The notes under the pieces are model-generated. The model was not told where the DNA came from and ran no database searches. It was given only the letters and a program-made list of their open reading frames with translations. Below, piece after piece: positions 22,330 to 31,882 of a stretch of 60,468 nucleotides of DNA. Position numbers and translations under genes: made by a program. Origin of the DNA: Candidatus Cryptobacteroides merdipullorum (lineage in GTDB: Bacteria; Bacteroidota; Bacteroidia; Bacteroidales; UBA932); assembly GCA_018715685.1 (NCBI GenBank), contig DVLC01000121.1:1-60468 (forward strand), in the 5' to 3' direction. Numbering within the stretch: the first letter of the stretch is position 1; the number at the start of each line of letters is the position of its first letter.

Positions 22330-23505
22330 ATGACTATGATCAGACGAATCCTTTCAATGACGGCGGCGCTGACCCTGTCGGTGTCGGTTTTCGGGCAGCA
22401 GGCCCTGTTCGAGGCCGCCAATGTCGTGTCACCTGAAATCAACCCCGACAACAGCGTGACATTCAGGCTCAACATTCCCAAAGCCATCACCGTGACGCTC
22501 TCCGGAGACTTCCTGGACAAGGAGACTCCGATGGTCCAGGGAGAAGACGGGGTATGGACCTACACCACGGGACCGCTCGAACCGGAGCTCTACAGTTACT
22601 TCTTCCGGGTGAACGGCACCCGTTATCTCGACCCTTCGAACATCTATCAGAACCGCGACGTGGCGACATGGACAAGCATCTTCATCATCTCCGCCGGGGA
22701 AGGCGACAGGGGCTGGCTCTATGAGGTCAACGACGTCCCCCACGGCAATGTGGCGAAGGTCTGGTATGAAAGTCCCACGCTCGGACTTACACGCCGCATG
22801 ACCGTCTACACTCCTCCCGGATACGACGAAAGCAGGCGCACCCGCTATCCCGTGCTCTATCTCTGCCATGGAGCCGGCGGCGACGAGAACGCATGGTCCG
22901 AGCTCGGACGGGCCGCTCAGATTCTCGACAACCTGATAGCCCTCGGAAAAGCCGAACCGATGATAGTGGTGATGCCTAACGGCAATGTGAACACGGAGGC
23001 GGCCCCGGGAGAATGGTCGGCCGGAATGTACCAGCCGGCGTTCCGGGGCGGACGGGACTTCGGACAGCCGAAATCAACAATGCAGGAAAGTTTCCCCGAC
23101 ATCATGGACTATGTCGAGAGCAACTACAGAGTGCTCAAGGGGGCCGGCAACACCGCGATGTGCGGTCTCTCGATGGGTGGAGGCCACACCTTCATGACCA
23201 CCAAGCTCTATCCCGGCACTTTCGGCTATGTCGGACTCTTCTCCGCCGCGACCTTCATGGATCTCGACACCATGCGTAAGGACGCCGGATTCCAGGCCCA
23301 GATGAAGGCGCTGTTCGACGCCCGCCCCGAACTCTACTATATCGGAATGGGAAAGACCGACTTCCTTTACGAGTCCTGCGCGGATCTTCGGAAATTCCTC
23401 GACGAGAACGGTTATCCCTACCAGTACGAGGAGACCGACGGCGGACATATCTGGCGCAACTGGAGAATCTATCTGACCCACTTCGCGGAGCAGCTGTTCA
23501 AGTAG
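22330..23505 (+). CDS. Secreted CE1-type esterase with N-terminal CBM48-like domain
   Basis: Signal peptide, VTFRL/GVWTYTT, YTPPGY, YPVLYLCHG, GLSMGG nucleophile elbow, GGHIWRNW. Confidence 0.88.
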   Translation: MTMIRRILSMTAALTLSVSVFGQQALFEAANVVSPEINPDNSVTFRLNIPKAITVTLSGDFLDKETPMVQGEDGVWTYTTGPLEPELYSYFFRVNGTRYLDPSNIYQNRDVATWTSIFIISAGEGDRGWLYEVNDVPHGNVAKVWYESPTLGLTRRMTVYTPPGYDESRRTRYPVLYLCHGAGGDENAWSELGRAAQILDNLIALGKAEPMIVVMPNGNVNTEAAPGEWSAGMYQPAFRGGRDFGQPKSTMQESFPDIMDYVESNYRVLKGAGNTAMCGLSMGGGHTFMTTKLYPGTFGYVGLFSAATFMDLDTMRKDAGFQAQMKALFDARPELYYIGMGKTDFLYESCADLRKFLDENGYPYQYEETDGGHIWRNWRIYLTHFAEQLFK

Positions 23506-23532
23506 CCTCCCTTCCGCACGCGCCATACGGAA

Positions 23533-23564
23533 AAGAGGCCGGCTGATAACTGAGCCGGCCTCTT
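23533..23564. terminator. Bidirectional terminator
   Basis: AAGAGGCCGGCT-8nt-AGCCGGCCTCTT between convergent genes. Confidence 0.75.
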
Positions 23565-23583
23565 CCTTACAACGGATATACGA

Positions 23584-24369
23584 TTATTTACTTTCCTCTG
23601 ACTTTTCCTCGACCTTGCCCACGCGGGTCAGTTCGATGTCGAATATCAGAGTGGAGCCAGGTGCGATGGAACCTGCTCCGCGGTCGCCGTAGCCGAGGTC
23701 GGAAGGAACATAGAGCTCGATCTTTCCTCCCTCTCCGACAAGCTGCATGCCTTCCTGCCAGCCCTTGATCACACGGTCAAGCGTCAGGCGCACCGAATCG
23801 GCGCCCTCGACAGTCTGGTCGAACACTGTGCCGTCAAGCAGAGTGCCCTTGTAGCGCACCCATACGGTGTCCTTGGGGCCGGGTTTGACATCGTTGCCGG
23901 CAGCGACAATCTTGTACTGGAGACCGCTCTCGGCCACCTGGACGCTGTCCTTGGAAGCATTCTCCGCAAGGAACTTCTCTCCCTCCTCCTTGTTGACGGC
24001 GATGGTGTACTTCTGCCTCTTCTCAAGATAGGAATTGAAGGCGTTGTTCATCGACTGGGGGTCGTACTTGAACTGAGAGGCGAAGTCAGGCGAGCGGAAG
24101 TCGCCCTCGGCCGCCACGAAGTCCTTGATACCCTTGACAATCTGGCTGTAGTTGAGATCGTCTCCGAAGTTGTATCCCTTGATGAAGGATCCGAAGTTGA
24201 CGCCCACCAGATAGCTGACGGAATCCACCTCGGCCTTCGAAGGAATGAAATCCGAAGACTTTGATTCAGCCGCCACGGCGGCATCGGAATTTTCAGGAGC
24301 AGGCGCCGCATTGTTGCAGGCGCTGACTGCAAGTCCCAGCAGGGACAGGAAAACAATTGCTTTTTTCAT
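23584..24369 (-). CDS. FKBP-type peptidyl-prolyl isomerase lipoprotein
   Basis: Lipobox VSAC, DSVSY, SGLQY, YKGTLLDGTVFD, VIKGWQEG, LGYG. Confidence 0.93.
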   Translation of the reverse strand: MKKAIVFLSLLGLAVSACNNAAPAPENSDAAVAAESKSSDFIPSKAEVDSVSYLVGVNFGSFIKGYNFGDDLNYSQIVKGIKDFVAAEGDFRSPDFASQFKYDPQSMNNAFNSYLEKRQKYTIAVNKEEGEKFLAENASKDSVQVAESGLQYKIVAAGNDVKPGPKDTVWVRYKGTLLDGTVFDQTVEGADSVRLTLDRVIKGWQEGMQLVGEGGKIELYVPSDLGYGDRGAGSIAPGSTLIFDIELTRVGKVEEKSEESK

Positions 24370-24391
24370 TATTGAGTTTTTAAAAGTTCCG

Positions 24392-25354
24392 TCACAGTTC
24401 CCACGCAAGAGCCGAAGCCCCGAGTATCGCGGCGTCCGATTCCTTGAGCTGGGAGAATACTATCTTTACCTTGCCCTTCCACTGGTGCATGAGGTTCTCG
24501 TTCATCGACTGCAGCATGGGCTCATAGAAGAATTCCTTCGCCCTTGCCAGACCTCCGAAGAGAACTATGGCCTCGGGAGCGCTGAACGCCACGAAGTCTG
24601 CAAAACTCCGGCCAAGCATCTTTCCGGTATAGTCGAATATCCTCAGGGCGAGTGCGTCGCCTTCCACGGCGGCCTCGTACACCGACTTGGAGCTCAGGTC
24701 CTCGACCCCGCGAAGCAGCGAGGGTTCATCGGTGAGTTCGAGCATCTCGCGGGCAGTCCTGGCCACGCCTATCGCGGAGCAGTACGCCTCCAGACAGCCG
24801 GTCTTGCCGCAGCCGCAGGGCCTGCCGTTATATCTGACCGCACAGGTGTGGCCGAGTTCTCCGGCATTGCCGTCGTGGCCGTAGACCACCTTGCCGTCGA
24901 TCACGATTCCGCTGCCGACGCCGGTGCCCAGCGTTATCATTATGAAATTCTTCATTCCGCGGGCGACACCGTAGGTCATCTCCCCCATGGCTGCCGCATT
25001 GGCGTCATTGGTCAGTGACACGGCCACTCCGCCGAGGCTCTCGGACAGCAGCTTCGCGAAGTCGATGACTCCGTCGGCGGCCCATTCAATATTGGTCGCG
25101 TACGAAATCTGTCCGGTATAATAGTTCGAGTTCGGGGCCCCGACTCCGACTCCGCGGATCTCTCCGGTCTTTCCGCACTCGGCGACGCAGGCGCGTATCG
25201 CCTCGGCAAGAGCGGAGATATAGGCTCCGGAATCCTTGCCGTAGCTGTCCGACCGGATCACCAGACGCGAAAGAATCTCTCCGCGCGCGTTGACCACTCC
25301 TATCTTGGAGGTCTGTCCGCCGACATCCACTCCGACTACATATTGTTTTTCCAT
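24392..25354 (-). CDS. ROK family sugar kinase
   Basis: GVDVGG, NDANAAA, TLGTGVGSG, GELGH, CGCGKTGCLE. Confidence 0.93.
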   Translation of the reverse strand: MEKQYVVGVDVGGQTSKIGVVNARGEILSRLVIRSDSYGKDSGAYISALAEAIRACVAECGKTGEIRGVGVGAPNSNYYTGQISYATNIEWAADGVIDFAKLLSESLGGVAVSLTNDANAAAMGEMTYGVARGMKNFIMITLGTGVGSGIVIDGKVVYGHDGNAGELGHTCAVRYNGRPCGCGKTGCLEAYCSAIGVARTAREMLELTDEPSLLRGVEDLSSKSVYEAAVEGDALALRIFDYTGKMLGRSFADFVAFSAPEAIVLFGGLARAKEFFYEPMLQSMNENLMHQWKGKVKIVFSQLKESDAAILGASALAWEL

Positions 25355-25357
25355 GAC

Positions 25358-26674
25358 TTATACGGGTATGTTCTTATTGACATTCTTGCAGCCCCAGACG
25401 GAATAGTAGAGCAGATACACCAGCATCGCCACGATAAGCCAGTAGCTCTGGATGTATCCTCCCACTGCCGGAACAACGACGTTATTCTGGAGCATAGGCA
25501 TGATTCCGCCGCCTACCACGAGCATCATGAATATGCCGGAAGCCTGCTCGGTGTACTTGCCAAGTCCCTCGACACAGAGATTGAAGATAGCCCCCCACAT
25601 GACGGAGGTGCAGATGCCGCAGAGGACGATGAACAGACACTTGACGGGAACCGCTCCGCCCTTGACCTCCATGGTGGCGGAGTCGGGCAGGAAGATGGCC
25701 ACGAGCAGAAGCACTATGGCAAGCGAGGATACGGATATCATCTGGGCCCTGGTCGAAACCTTTCCGCTTATCACGCCGCTGAGCACCCGGCCGACCAGCA
25801 TCAGCAGCCAGTAGAACGAAACCAGCGTGCCGGCTATGGCGGCCGAACCTTCAAAACCGATTCCGCCCTTCTCCACAGGCTGGCTGAGGTAGAAATTGAG
25901 TTCTCCCGGTATTCCGACCTCGATTCCCACATAGAAGAAGATGGCCACGGCGCCGAGGACGAAATGCCTGAACGACCATGCGCTGTACTTGTCCTTCGTC
26001 CTGGGCTGTCCGGACGCCACCTCGGCACGCGCCCTTTCCAGAGCAGGCTCGGGGACGTTCACGCGGCTGATTATGATGAAGGCCAGCACGAACACTCCCA
26101 TGCCGATGAACAGCAGAGGGGTGACATCGTTCATGGAGGTGCTTTCATCCACGGTTCCGACAAGGACACCTACAAGGAAAGGAGTCAGAGTGGCAGTCAG
26201 AGAATTGAGCGAGCCTCCTGTCTGCACGAGCTGGTTGCCCTTGTTTCCGCCTCCGCCGAGCGTGTTGAGCATCGGGTTCACCACGGTATTGAGCATGCAG
26301 ACGCAGAATCCGCTTATGAAGGCGCCGAGCAGGTATATGATCAGGTTAAGCGCGACCACCTGGCCCTGCACGGTGAATACAGGCACGTCCGCACCCACCC
26401 GGCTGCTGACATACTGGACAAGCAGTCCGACAAAGCCGACGCCGAGTGCGGTAAGGGATGTCTTCTTATATCCCACGGTGGCAAGCATCCTGCCGGCAGG
26501 TATGCCCATGAACAGATAGGCCGCGAAATTCATCATGTTGCCCATCATTCCGGCCCATGAATACTGGTATCCCCAGATATTGCCGAACGGAGCGGCCATG
26601 TTGGTCACGAAGGCCACCATCGCGAACAGGAAAAACATCGTCACGATTGCGACCACATTTGTTTTTTTCTTCAT
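25358..26674 (-). CDS. MFS sugar transporter (FucP/GluP/NagP-like)
   Basis: About 12 hydrophobic helices, FFYVGIEV, SVMWGAIF. 3 bp upstream of the ROK kinase. Confidence 0.88.
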   Translation of the reverse strand: MKKKTNVVAIVTMFFLFAMVAFVTNMAAPFGNIWGYQYSWAGMMGNMMNFAAYLFMGIPAGRMLATVGYKKTSLTALGVGFVGLLVQYVSSRVGADVPVFTVQGQVVALNLIIYLLGAFISGFCVCMLNTVVNPMLNTLGGGGNKGNQLVQTGGSLNSLTATLTPFLVGVLVGTVDESTSMNDVTPLLFIGMGVFVLAFIIISRVNVPEPALERARAEVASGQPRTKDKYSAWSFRHFVLGAVAIFFYVGIEVGIPGELNFYLSQPVEKGGIGFEGSAAIAGTLVSFYWLLMLVGRVLSGVISGKVSTRAQMISVSSLAIVLLLVAIFLPDSATMEVKGGAVPVKCLFIVLCGICTSVMWGAIFNLCVEGLGKYTEQASGIFMMLVVGGGIMPMLQNNVVVPAVGGYIQSYWLIVAMLVYLLYYSVWGCKNVNKNIPV

Positions 26675-26696
26675 AATTTACTGATAGTTATTAGTT

Positions 26697-28619
26697 TCAG
26701 TCAATTTTCACGGATTCGAGATTCTTCTCGTTGTAAAGCTGTTTGCCTTCGGCGGTCATTGCATATTCTATCCTGTCGGCATAGAACTTCTCGACCTTGC
26801 CGCGCACCATCTTCATCGTGGTGTTCAGCATTCCGTTCTGTTCGGTGAACGGAGTTTCTCCGACTATGATGGCGGCCGGCAGCCATTTCTCGGGGAAGAG
26901 GCCGGCATGTCTGCCTCCCGGACGATAGGAATCCACTTCGCCCTGGATTATGGCCAGCATGGCGCGGCGGCCTTCGTCGGTCACGGGATCCTTGCCCTCC
27001 TTCTTAACGGCTTCCGCCAGAGCGGCCTTGTCGGGAATCACGAGCACTACAGTCCAGGGGCTCTGGTTGTTGTAGAGAACAGCCGACTCGATGTATCGTG
27101 AACTGTCGGCAAGATTGTCCTCATAGCCTTCGGGAGAATATTTCTCGCCATCGGCCGCAATCAGCAGGCTCTTGAAGCGTCCGGTCACATAGAGATAGCG
27201 GGGGTCATCCTTGCAGAGATAGCCGCGGTCTCCGGTATGCAGCCAGCCGTCGACGATAGTCTTGGCGGTGGCCTCCGGATTCTTCCAGTAGCCGGCCATC
27301 ACGTTCTCTCCGCGTATCACGATCTCTCCCGTCTCACCGGCAGGCAGAGCGTTCCCCTCCTCGTCGCATATCTTGATGTCCATGGGCTCCACGGTGCGGC
27401 CGGAAGAGCCGAAGCGCGCGTGACCCGTCGAATTGGCGCAGATCACCGGAGTGGCCTCCGACAGTCCGTATCCCTGGAATATAGGCATGCCGATAGCGTT
27501 GAAATATTTCTGGAGCTCGATGTCGAGCAGGGCGCCGCCGCCGACGAAGAACTGGAGGCGTCCGCCGAAGCCCTCGCGTATCTTCGAGAACACGAGCTTG
27601 TCGACAAGGGAGATTATGGGCTTGCGCCACCACTGCTTCCAGCAGGGCTTCCCGGCATTGTAATATTCTCTGTTGTAGGCTATCGCCTGCTTGAGACCTA
27701 TATTATACAGCTTCTCGGCGAACGCGCCGCTCTGCCTGACGGCCTTCTCGAAATTCTTCTTGAAGTTCTTGGAGAGCGTGGGCACGGAAAGCATCACGTG
27801 GGGACGGACTTCGCGTATGGCCACGGGGATGTTCTTCAGAAGGGAGACCGTGCTCTTGCCGCAGGGGACGGTGGCTATGCTTCCGCCGTAGCTCATCATC
27901 ACATAGAAACCGGCGACATGGGCGAAACAGTGGTCAAGAGGCAGTATTATAAGCATCACCGAGCCTTCGTCGACACCGATGACCGAGCGCGCCTGCTCGA
28001 CATTGGCCGTGTAGTTGCGGTGGGTCAGCAGTATTCCCTTGGGGTCGGCGGTGGTGCCGGAGGTGTAGCTGATGTTGGCGTAGTCGTCGGGTCTCACCGA
28101 GGCGATGCGCTGCTCAAGCTCGTCCGGATGCGCGGCGGCGTATTTGACACCTGCCTCACGGATGTCGTCAAGATATATTTCATTCTCCTTGAGCGGAATT
28201 CTGTCCATCACGATGACCTTCTCGACTGCGGGGCAGCGGTCAATGACCCTGCGGACCTTCTCTATCTGGCTCTGCGAGGCCACGACGAAGCGCGAGTCGG
28301 AATGATTGATGCGGAACAGCAGATCCTGGTCGGATTCCAGCTTGAAGGAAAGCGGCACGTTCACAGCCGCGGCGTAGAGAATTCCGAGCTCGGTGAAGAT
28401 CCACTGGTTGCGCCCTTCCGCTATCATCGCCACCTTCTCTCCTTTCTGGAGTCCGAGCGACATGAAGCCGGCGGCAAGAATGCGCCCCTCGTCCCTGGTT
28501 TTCCGGAATGATGTCTCGGTCCAGACCCCGTCCTCCTTTTCCCTGAGGAAAGTCTTGTCGGCATATTTCGCCGTGTATTTTTCGACGAAGTCGATGATGG
28601 TTGGTCTCTTGTTGTCCAT
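26697..28619 (-). CDS. Long-chain fatty acid--CoA ligase
   Basis: YTSGTTADPKG, QGYGLSE, GWLHTGD. Confidence 0.9.
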   Translation of the reverse strand: MDNKRPTIIDFVEKYTAKYADKTFLREKEDGVWTETSFRKTRDEGRILAAGFMSLGLQKGEKVAMIAEGRNQWIFTELGILYAAAVNVPLSFKLESDQDLLFRINHSDSRFVVASQSQIEKVRRVIDRCPAVEKVIVMDRIPLKENEIYLDDIREAGVKYAAAHPDELEQRIASVRPDDYANISYTSGTTADPKGILLTHRNYTANVEQARSVIGVDEGSVMLIILPLDHCFAHVAGFYVMMSYGGSIATVPCGKSTVSLLKNIPVAIREVRPHVMLSVPTLSKNFKKNFEKAVRQSGAFAEKLYNIGLKQAIAYNREYYNAGKPCWKQWWRKPIISLVDKLVFSKIREGFGGRLQFFVGGGALLDIELQKYFNAIGMPIFQGYGLSEATPVICANSTGHARFGSSGRTVEPMDIKICDEEGNALPAGETGEIVIRGENVMAGYWKNPEATAKTIVDGWLHTGDRGYLCKDDPRYLYVTGRFKSLLIAADGEKYSPEGYEDNLADSSRYIESAVLYNNQSPWTVVLVIPDKAALAEAVKKEGKDPVTDEGRRAMLAIIQGEVDSYRPGGRHAGLFPEKWLPAAIIVGETPFTEQNGMLNTTMKMVRGKVEKFYADRIEYAMTAEGKQLYNEKNLESVKID

Positions 28620-28644
28620 ATCGGTTATCAGTTAGTGTGTCGGT

Positions 28645-29271
28645 TCATTCGCCGGACGACGGGAAGAGTCCGTAGAGTTCGGCGTCTATCATGTCCGTGA
28701 CCTTCTCGAAGTCCTCGGGACGGTCGCCGAACTTGATCTTGTCGGCATCGATGACCAGAAGCCTGCCCTTGTAGCCCGAGATCCAGTTCTCATACTTCTC
28801 GTTGAGTCCTGTCAGATAGTCGATGCGTATGGTCTTCTCGTAGTCGCGGCCGCGCTTCTGTATCTGCGAGATCAGGTTGGGAATCGTGGACCTGAGATAT
28901 ATCAGCAGATCGGGATTGCCGACAAGCGACATCATCAGGTCGAACAGATCGGAGTAGTTCTCGAAATCCCTCGTGGTCATCAGGCCCATGTCGTGAAGGT
29001 TCGGCGCGAATATGCGGGCGTCCTCGTAGATCGTACGGTCCTGTATTATCACTTCGTCGGAATGCGCTATCTCGACCACGTCCTTGAACCTCTTGTTCAG
29101 AAAATATATCTGGAGATTGAACGACCACCTCGCCATGTCCTTGTAGAAGTCGGCGAGATAGGGATTGAAGTCCACGGACTCGTATTTCGGGGTCCAGCCG
29201 TAGTGGGCGGCGAGCAGCCTCGTGAGGGTCGTCTTGCCGCTTCCGATATTTCCTGCTATCGCTATATGCAT
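28645..29271 (-). CDS. Deoxynucleoside kinase (paralog A)
   Basis: GNIGSGKTT, WSFNLQIYFLNKRF, QDRTIYED, IQKRGRDYE. Confidence 0.93.
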   Translation of the reverse strand: MHIAIAGNIGSGKTTLTRLLAAHYGWTPKYESVDFNPYLADFYKDMARWSFNLQIYFLNKRFKDVVEIAHSDEVIIQDRTIYEDARIFAPNLHDMGLMTTRDFENYSDLFDLMMSLVGNPDLLIYLRSTIPNLISQIQKRGRDYEKTIRIDYLTGLNEKYENWISGYKGRLLVIDADKIKFGDRPEDFEKVTDMIDAELYGLFPSSGE

Positions 29272-29305
29272 GTCAACTTAAAAAACAATTTCTAAATATA
29301 TGAAT

Positions 29306-29920
29306 TTATTTGAAGAGTCCGTACAATCGCGAGTCTATCTTGTCGGTTATGGCCTCGAAATCCTCGGGATTGTTCTCAAAATCAAGATTGTCGGTGTCGA
29401 TTATGAGCAGATTGCCGGTGTAGGAGCCTATCCATTCCTCATAACGGCGGTTGAGCCCGCCGAGATATTCCAGGCTTATCGTCTGCTCGTAGTCGCGGCC
29501 GCGCTTCTGGATTCTCGCCACGAGATGCGGCACGGACGCACGCAGGTAAATGAGCAGGTCGGGCGGCCTCACAAGCGACATCATGAGCTTGTAGAGCAGC
29601 ATGTAGGTGTCGTAGTCTCTCTGCGAGAGATTCCCGAGCTCCAGATTGTTCGCCACGAAAATCTCCACGCCTTCGAGTATGGTCCTGTCCTGGATGATCA
29701 CTTCGTCGGACTTGGAAATCTCCAGCAGATCCCTGAACCGCTGGGCGAGGAAATAGGTCTCCAAGTTGTAGGACCAGCGTGGGATGTCCTTATAGTAATC
29801 CTCCAGATAGGGATTGTAGGTCACCGACTCGTATTTCGGCGTCCATCCGTAGTGCTCCGCCAGCATCCTCGTGAGAGTCGTCTTGCCGCTTCCGATGTTT
29901 CCCGCTATTCCGATATGCAT
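29306..29920 (-). CDS. Deoxynucleoside kinase (paralog B)
   Basis: GNIGSGKTT, WSYNLETYFLAQRF, QDRTILEG, IQKRGRDYE. Confidence 0.93.
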   Translation of the reverse strand: MHIGIAGNIGSGKTTLTRMLAEHYGWTPKYESVTYNPYLEDYYKDIPRWSYNLETYFLAQRFRDLLEISKSDEVIIQDRTILEGVEIFVANNLELGNLSQRDYDTYMLLYKLMMSLVRPPDLLIYLRASVPHLVARIQKRGRDYEQTISLEYLGGLNRRYEEWIGSYTGNLLIIDTDNLDFENNPEDFEAITDKIDSRLYGLFK

Positions 29921-30049
29921 CTCTGTCGTCTTTCAAATCCTACAAAAGTACGCAAATTCTATGAAAATGACTATTTGGCTCCGAACCCAAGCGCAGATAT
30001 TCCGTTCATATTCCGGCAGGCGCTCCCATGTTTCGGCAAATAAATATAA

Positions 30050-30214
30050 GAAGCTGTTTTGAAATTTGTCGACATAAATTTTATGAGCTGTTTCCGAGGA
30101 TGTCCGGTTCTTCTTTTTGAAAAGGATAGCGGCGGCTATCTGACTGAAAAAAGAAGGACAGGACAGACCGGAAAGAGCCGTAAAAGAATTTTTGACAAAT
30201 TTCAAAACAGCTTC
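30050..30214. mobile_element. 165-bp MITE-like element
   Basis: Perfect 21-bp terminal inverted repeats GAAGCTGTTTTGAAATTTGTC (30050-30070 / 30194-30214). TAA flanks both sides (30047-49, 30215-17). Interior is an imperfect palindrome. Confidence 0.75.
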
Positions 30215-30222
30215 TAACTTTG
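30191..30222 (+). promoter_or_regulatory. Bacteroidetes sigma-A promoter (-33 TTTG, 20-nt spacer, -7 TAACTTTG)
   Basis: TTTG at 30191-30194 and TAACTTTG at 30215-30222, 21 nt upstream of the ATG at 30244. Confidence 0.7.
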
Positions 30223-30243
30223 CGACGCCAATACGAAAGCATC

Positions 30244-30945
30244 ATGGAATTACATAGCTTCACTTACAATCTGTTCCAGGAGCAGACCTACATTGTCACC
30301 GGGGACGGCGGACGCTGCGCGGTGGTGGATCCCGGATTCAGCGACGATATCGAGAAGGCCGACTTCTTCGGCCGGCTGGAGTCGGAACGGCTCGTTCCCG
30401 AGGCCGTGCTGCTGACCCACGGACATTTCGACCATATCTTCGGGGTGGCGGAGCTGCAGAGCAGGTACGGAATCCCCGTCTACATGAACGAGGCTGACAG
30501 AAAGGTCATGGACGACCCCGACGCCTGTCTCGGCAGACTGTGGCCACGGCTTCCGGACCGCAGTTTCCGGATCACGCCGGTCCGGGACGGCGATGTCGTC
30601 GAAACCGCGGGGCTGAAATTCGAAGTCGTGGCGACACCCGGCCACACCCCCGGAGGAATCTGCTGGCTCCTCCGCAACGAGAAGTCAATGTTCACCGGAG
30701 ACACCCTGTTCGCCGGGGCCATAGGCCGCACCGATCTCAAATACGGCGAATACGACGACGAGATACGCTCGATCATGGAAAAGCTGATGCTGCTCGACGG
30801 AGACATCAGGATATATCCCGGCCACGGCCCGGCCTCGACCATCGCCGACGAGCGCACCGGCAACCCCTTCCTCGAACCCTTCAACGAAGCCGAGGAAGAC
30901 TCCGACACCGACCGCCCTCCGATCATCATCCACCCGGAGGCGTAA
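30244..30945 (+). CDS. MBL-fold metallo-hydrolase (glyoxalase II/YcbL-like)
   Basis: VDPG, LTHGHFDH, TPGHTPG, FTGDTLF, GRTD, PGHG. Confidence 0.92.
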   Translation: MELHSFTYNLFQEQTYIVTGDGGRCAVVDPGFSDDIEKADFFGRLESERLVPEAVLLTHGHFDHIFGVAELQSRYGIPVYMNEADRKVMDDPDACLGRLWPRLPDRSFRITPVRDGDVVETAGLKFEVVATPGHTPGGICWLLRNEKSMFTGDTLFAGAIGRTDLKYGEYDDEIRSIMEKLMLLDGDIRIYPGHGPASTIADERTGNPFLEPFNEAEEDSDTDRPPIIIHPEA

Positions 30946-30958
30946 CGGGTGCGACGAC

Positions 30959-30993
30959 GGGGATGGCTCAAAAGTGAAAGTCATCCCCTTTTT
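30959..30993 (+). terminator. Intrinsic terminator
   Basis: GGGGATGGCT-10nt-AGTCATCCCC-TTTTT, 13 nt after the stop codon. Confidence 0.75.
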
Positions 30994-31183
30994 CATCGTA
31001 TTTCCGTGAGGTCAACCTCAGATCCTCTTTCGAATATTCGATTCTCAAAGAGATATTAAACCTTTTGGGCCTCTGTTGCTGCCGACTTGTCGAGGCGGAT
31101 CTGTGATCCGGCCAAACAGGAAAACGCCTCCCAAAACCGGTTACAGATCTGGCACGGCGGCGGACCACAAGCCCTCGGAACTC

Positions 31184-31217
31184 TGTTCCGGCGGATCTGG
31201 AGATCCACTGGAACGAG
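31184..31217. repeat. REP-like hairpin, copy 1
   Basis: TGTTCCGGCGGATCTGGAGATCCACTGGAACGAG, 29/34 identical to copy 2. Confidence 0.75.
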
Positions 31218-31563
31218 GGAATATGCCGCCGCGACAAATAGTTTGCACGAAGCATGAAAGCCGGCGGCACACTTCTCAGGACTAAATCAAATCAATATGC
31301 AGACAAACAGGCAACTGTGGCTCAAGGTATAATTGCCATTTTTTGTTGGTAACAATACGACTGCAAAGACCGGCTACGGCAGACAAAAAACCTGGGAGCG
31401 ACATGTTTTGCGAAATCGGCCCTGCATGGGGCTGCGTGGCCGATTATCCGGAACCTAATGCTCCCAAGCAGCCACAAGAACACCGACTTGGGAGTCCAAT
31501 CCTTTCAGAACAGATTGTCAATCAACCTTTTAAATTCGTGCAATGCTCCCAAATCGACTTCCT

Positions 31564-31597
31564 TGTTCCGGCGGATCTGAAGATTCGCCCGAACGAG
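31564..31597. repeat. REP-like hairpin, copy 2
   Basis: TGTTCCGGCGGATCTGAAGATTCGCCCGAACGAG, 380 bp downstream of copy 1. Confidence 0.75.
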
Positions 31598-31882
31598 TTG
31601 TCAACCACGCCTGACTTGGCAGTATTGCCGGTGGCCGCCCGAACGGAATTTTCTTTCACGCAGAATCATGAAAGTCGGGAAGCAGCCGAAAACGGCGGAA
31701 GCAGTTGATGCAAGGGAGGCTTTTCCCTGTCCATCGCCTCCCGGGCGTCAACCGCTTCCGCAGCGCCGGATGAAAAAATATATGTCAGACTAAAAAAACC
31801 TGACTGAACTTGAAGGCGGTAAATTGAAAATCCACCACAAAACGCGCCCCGTCACGGAATTCCAGCTCGACTAAAATCTGAT

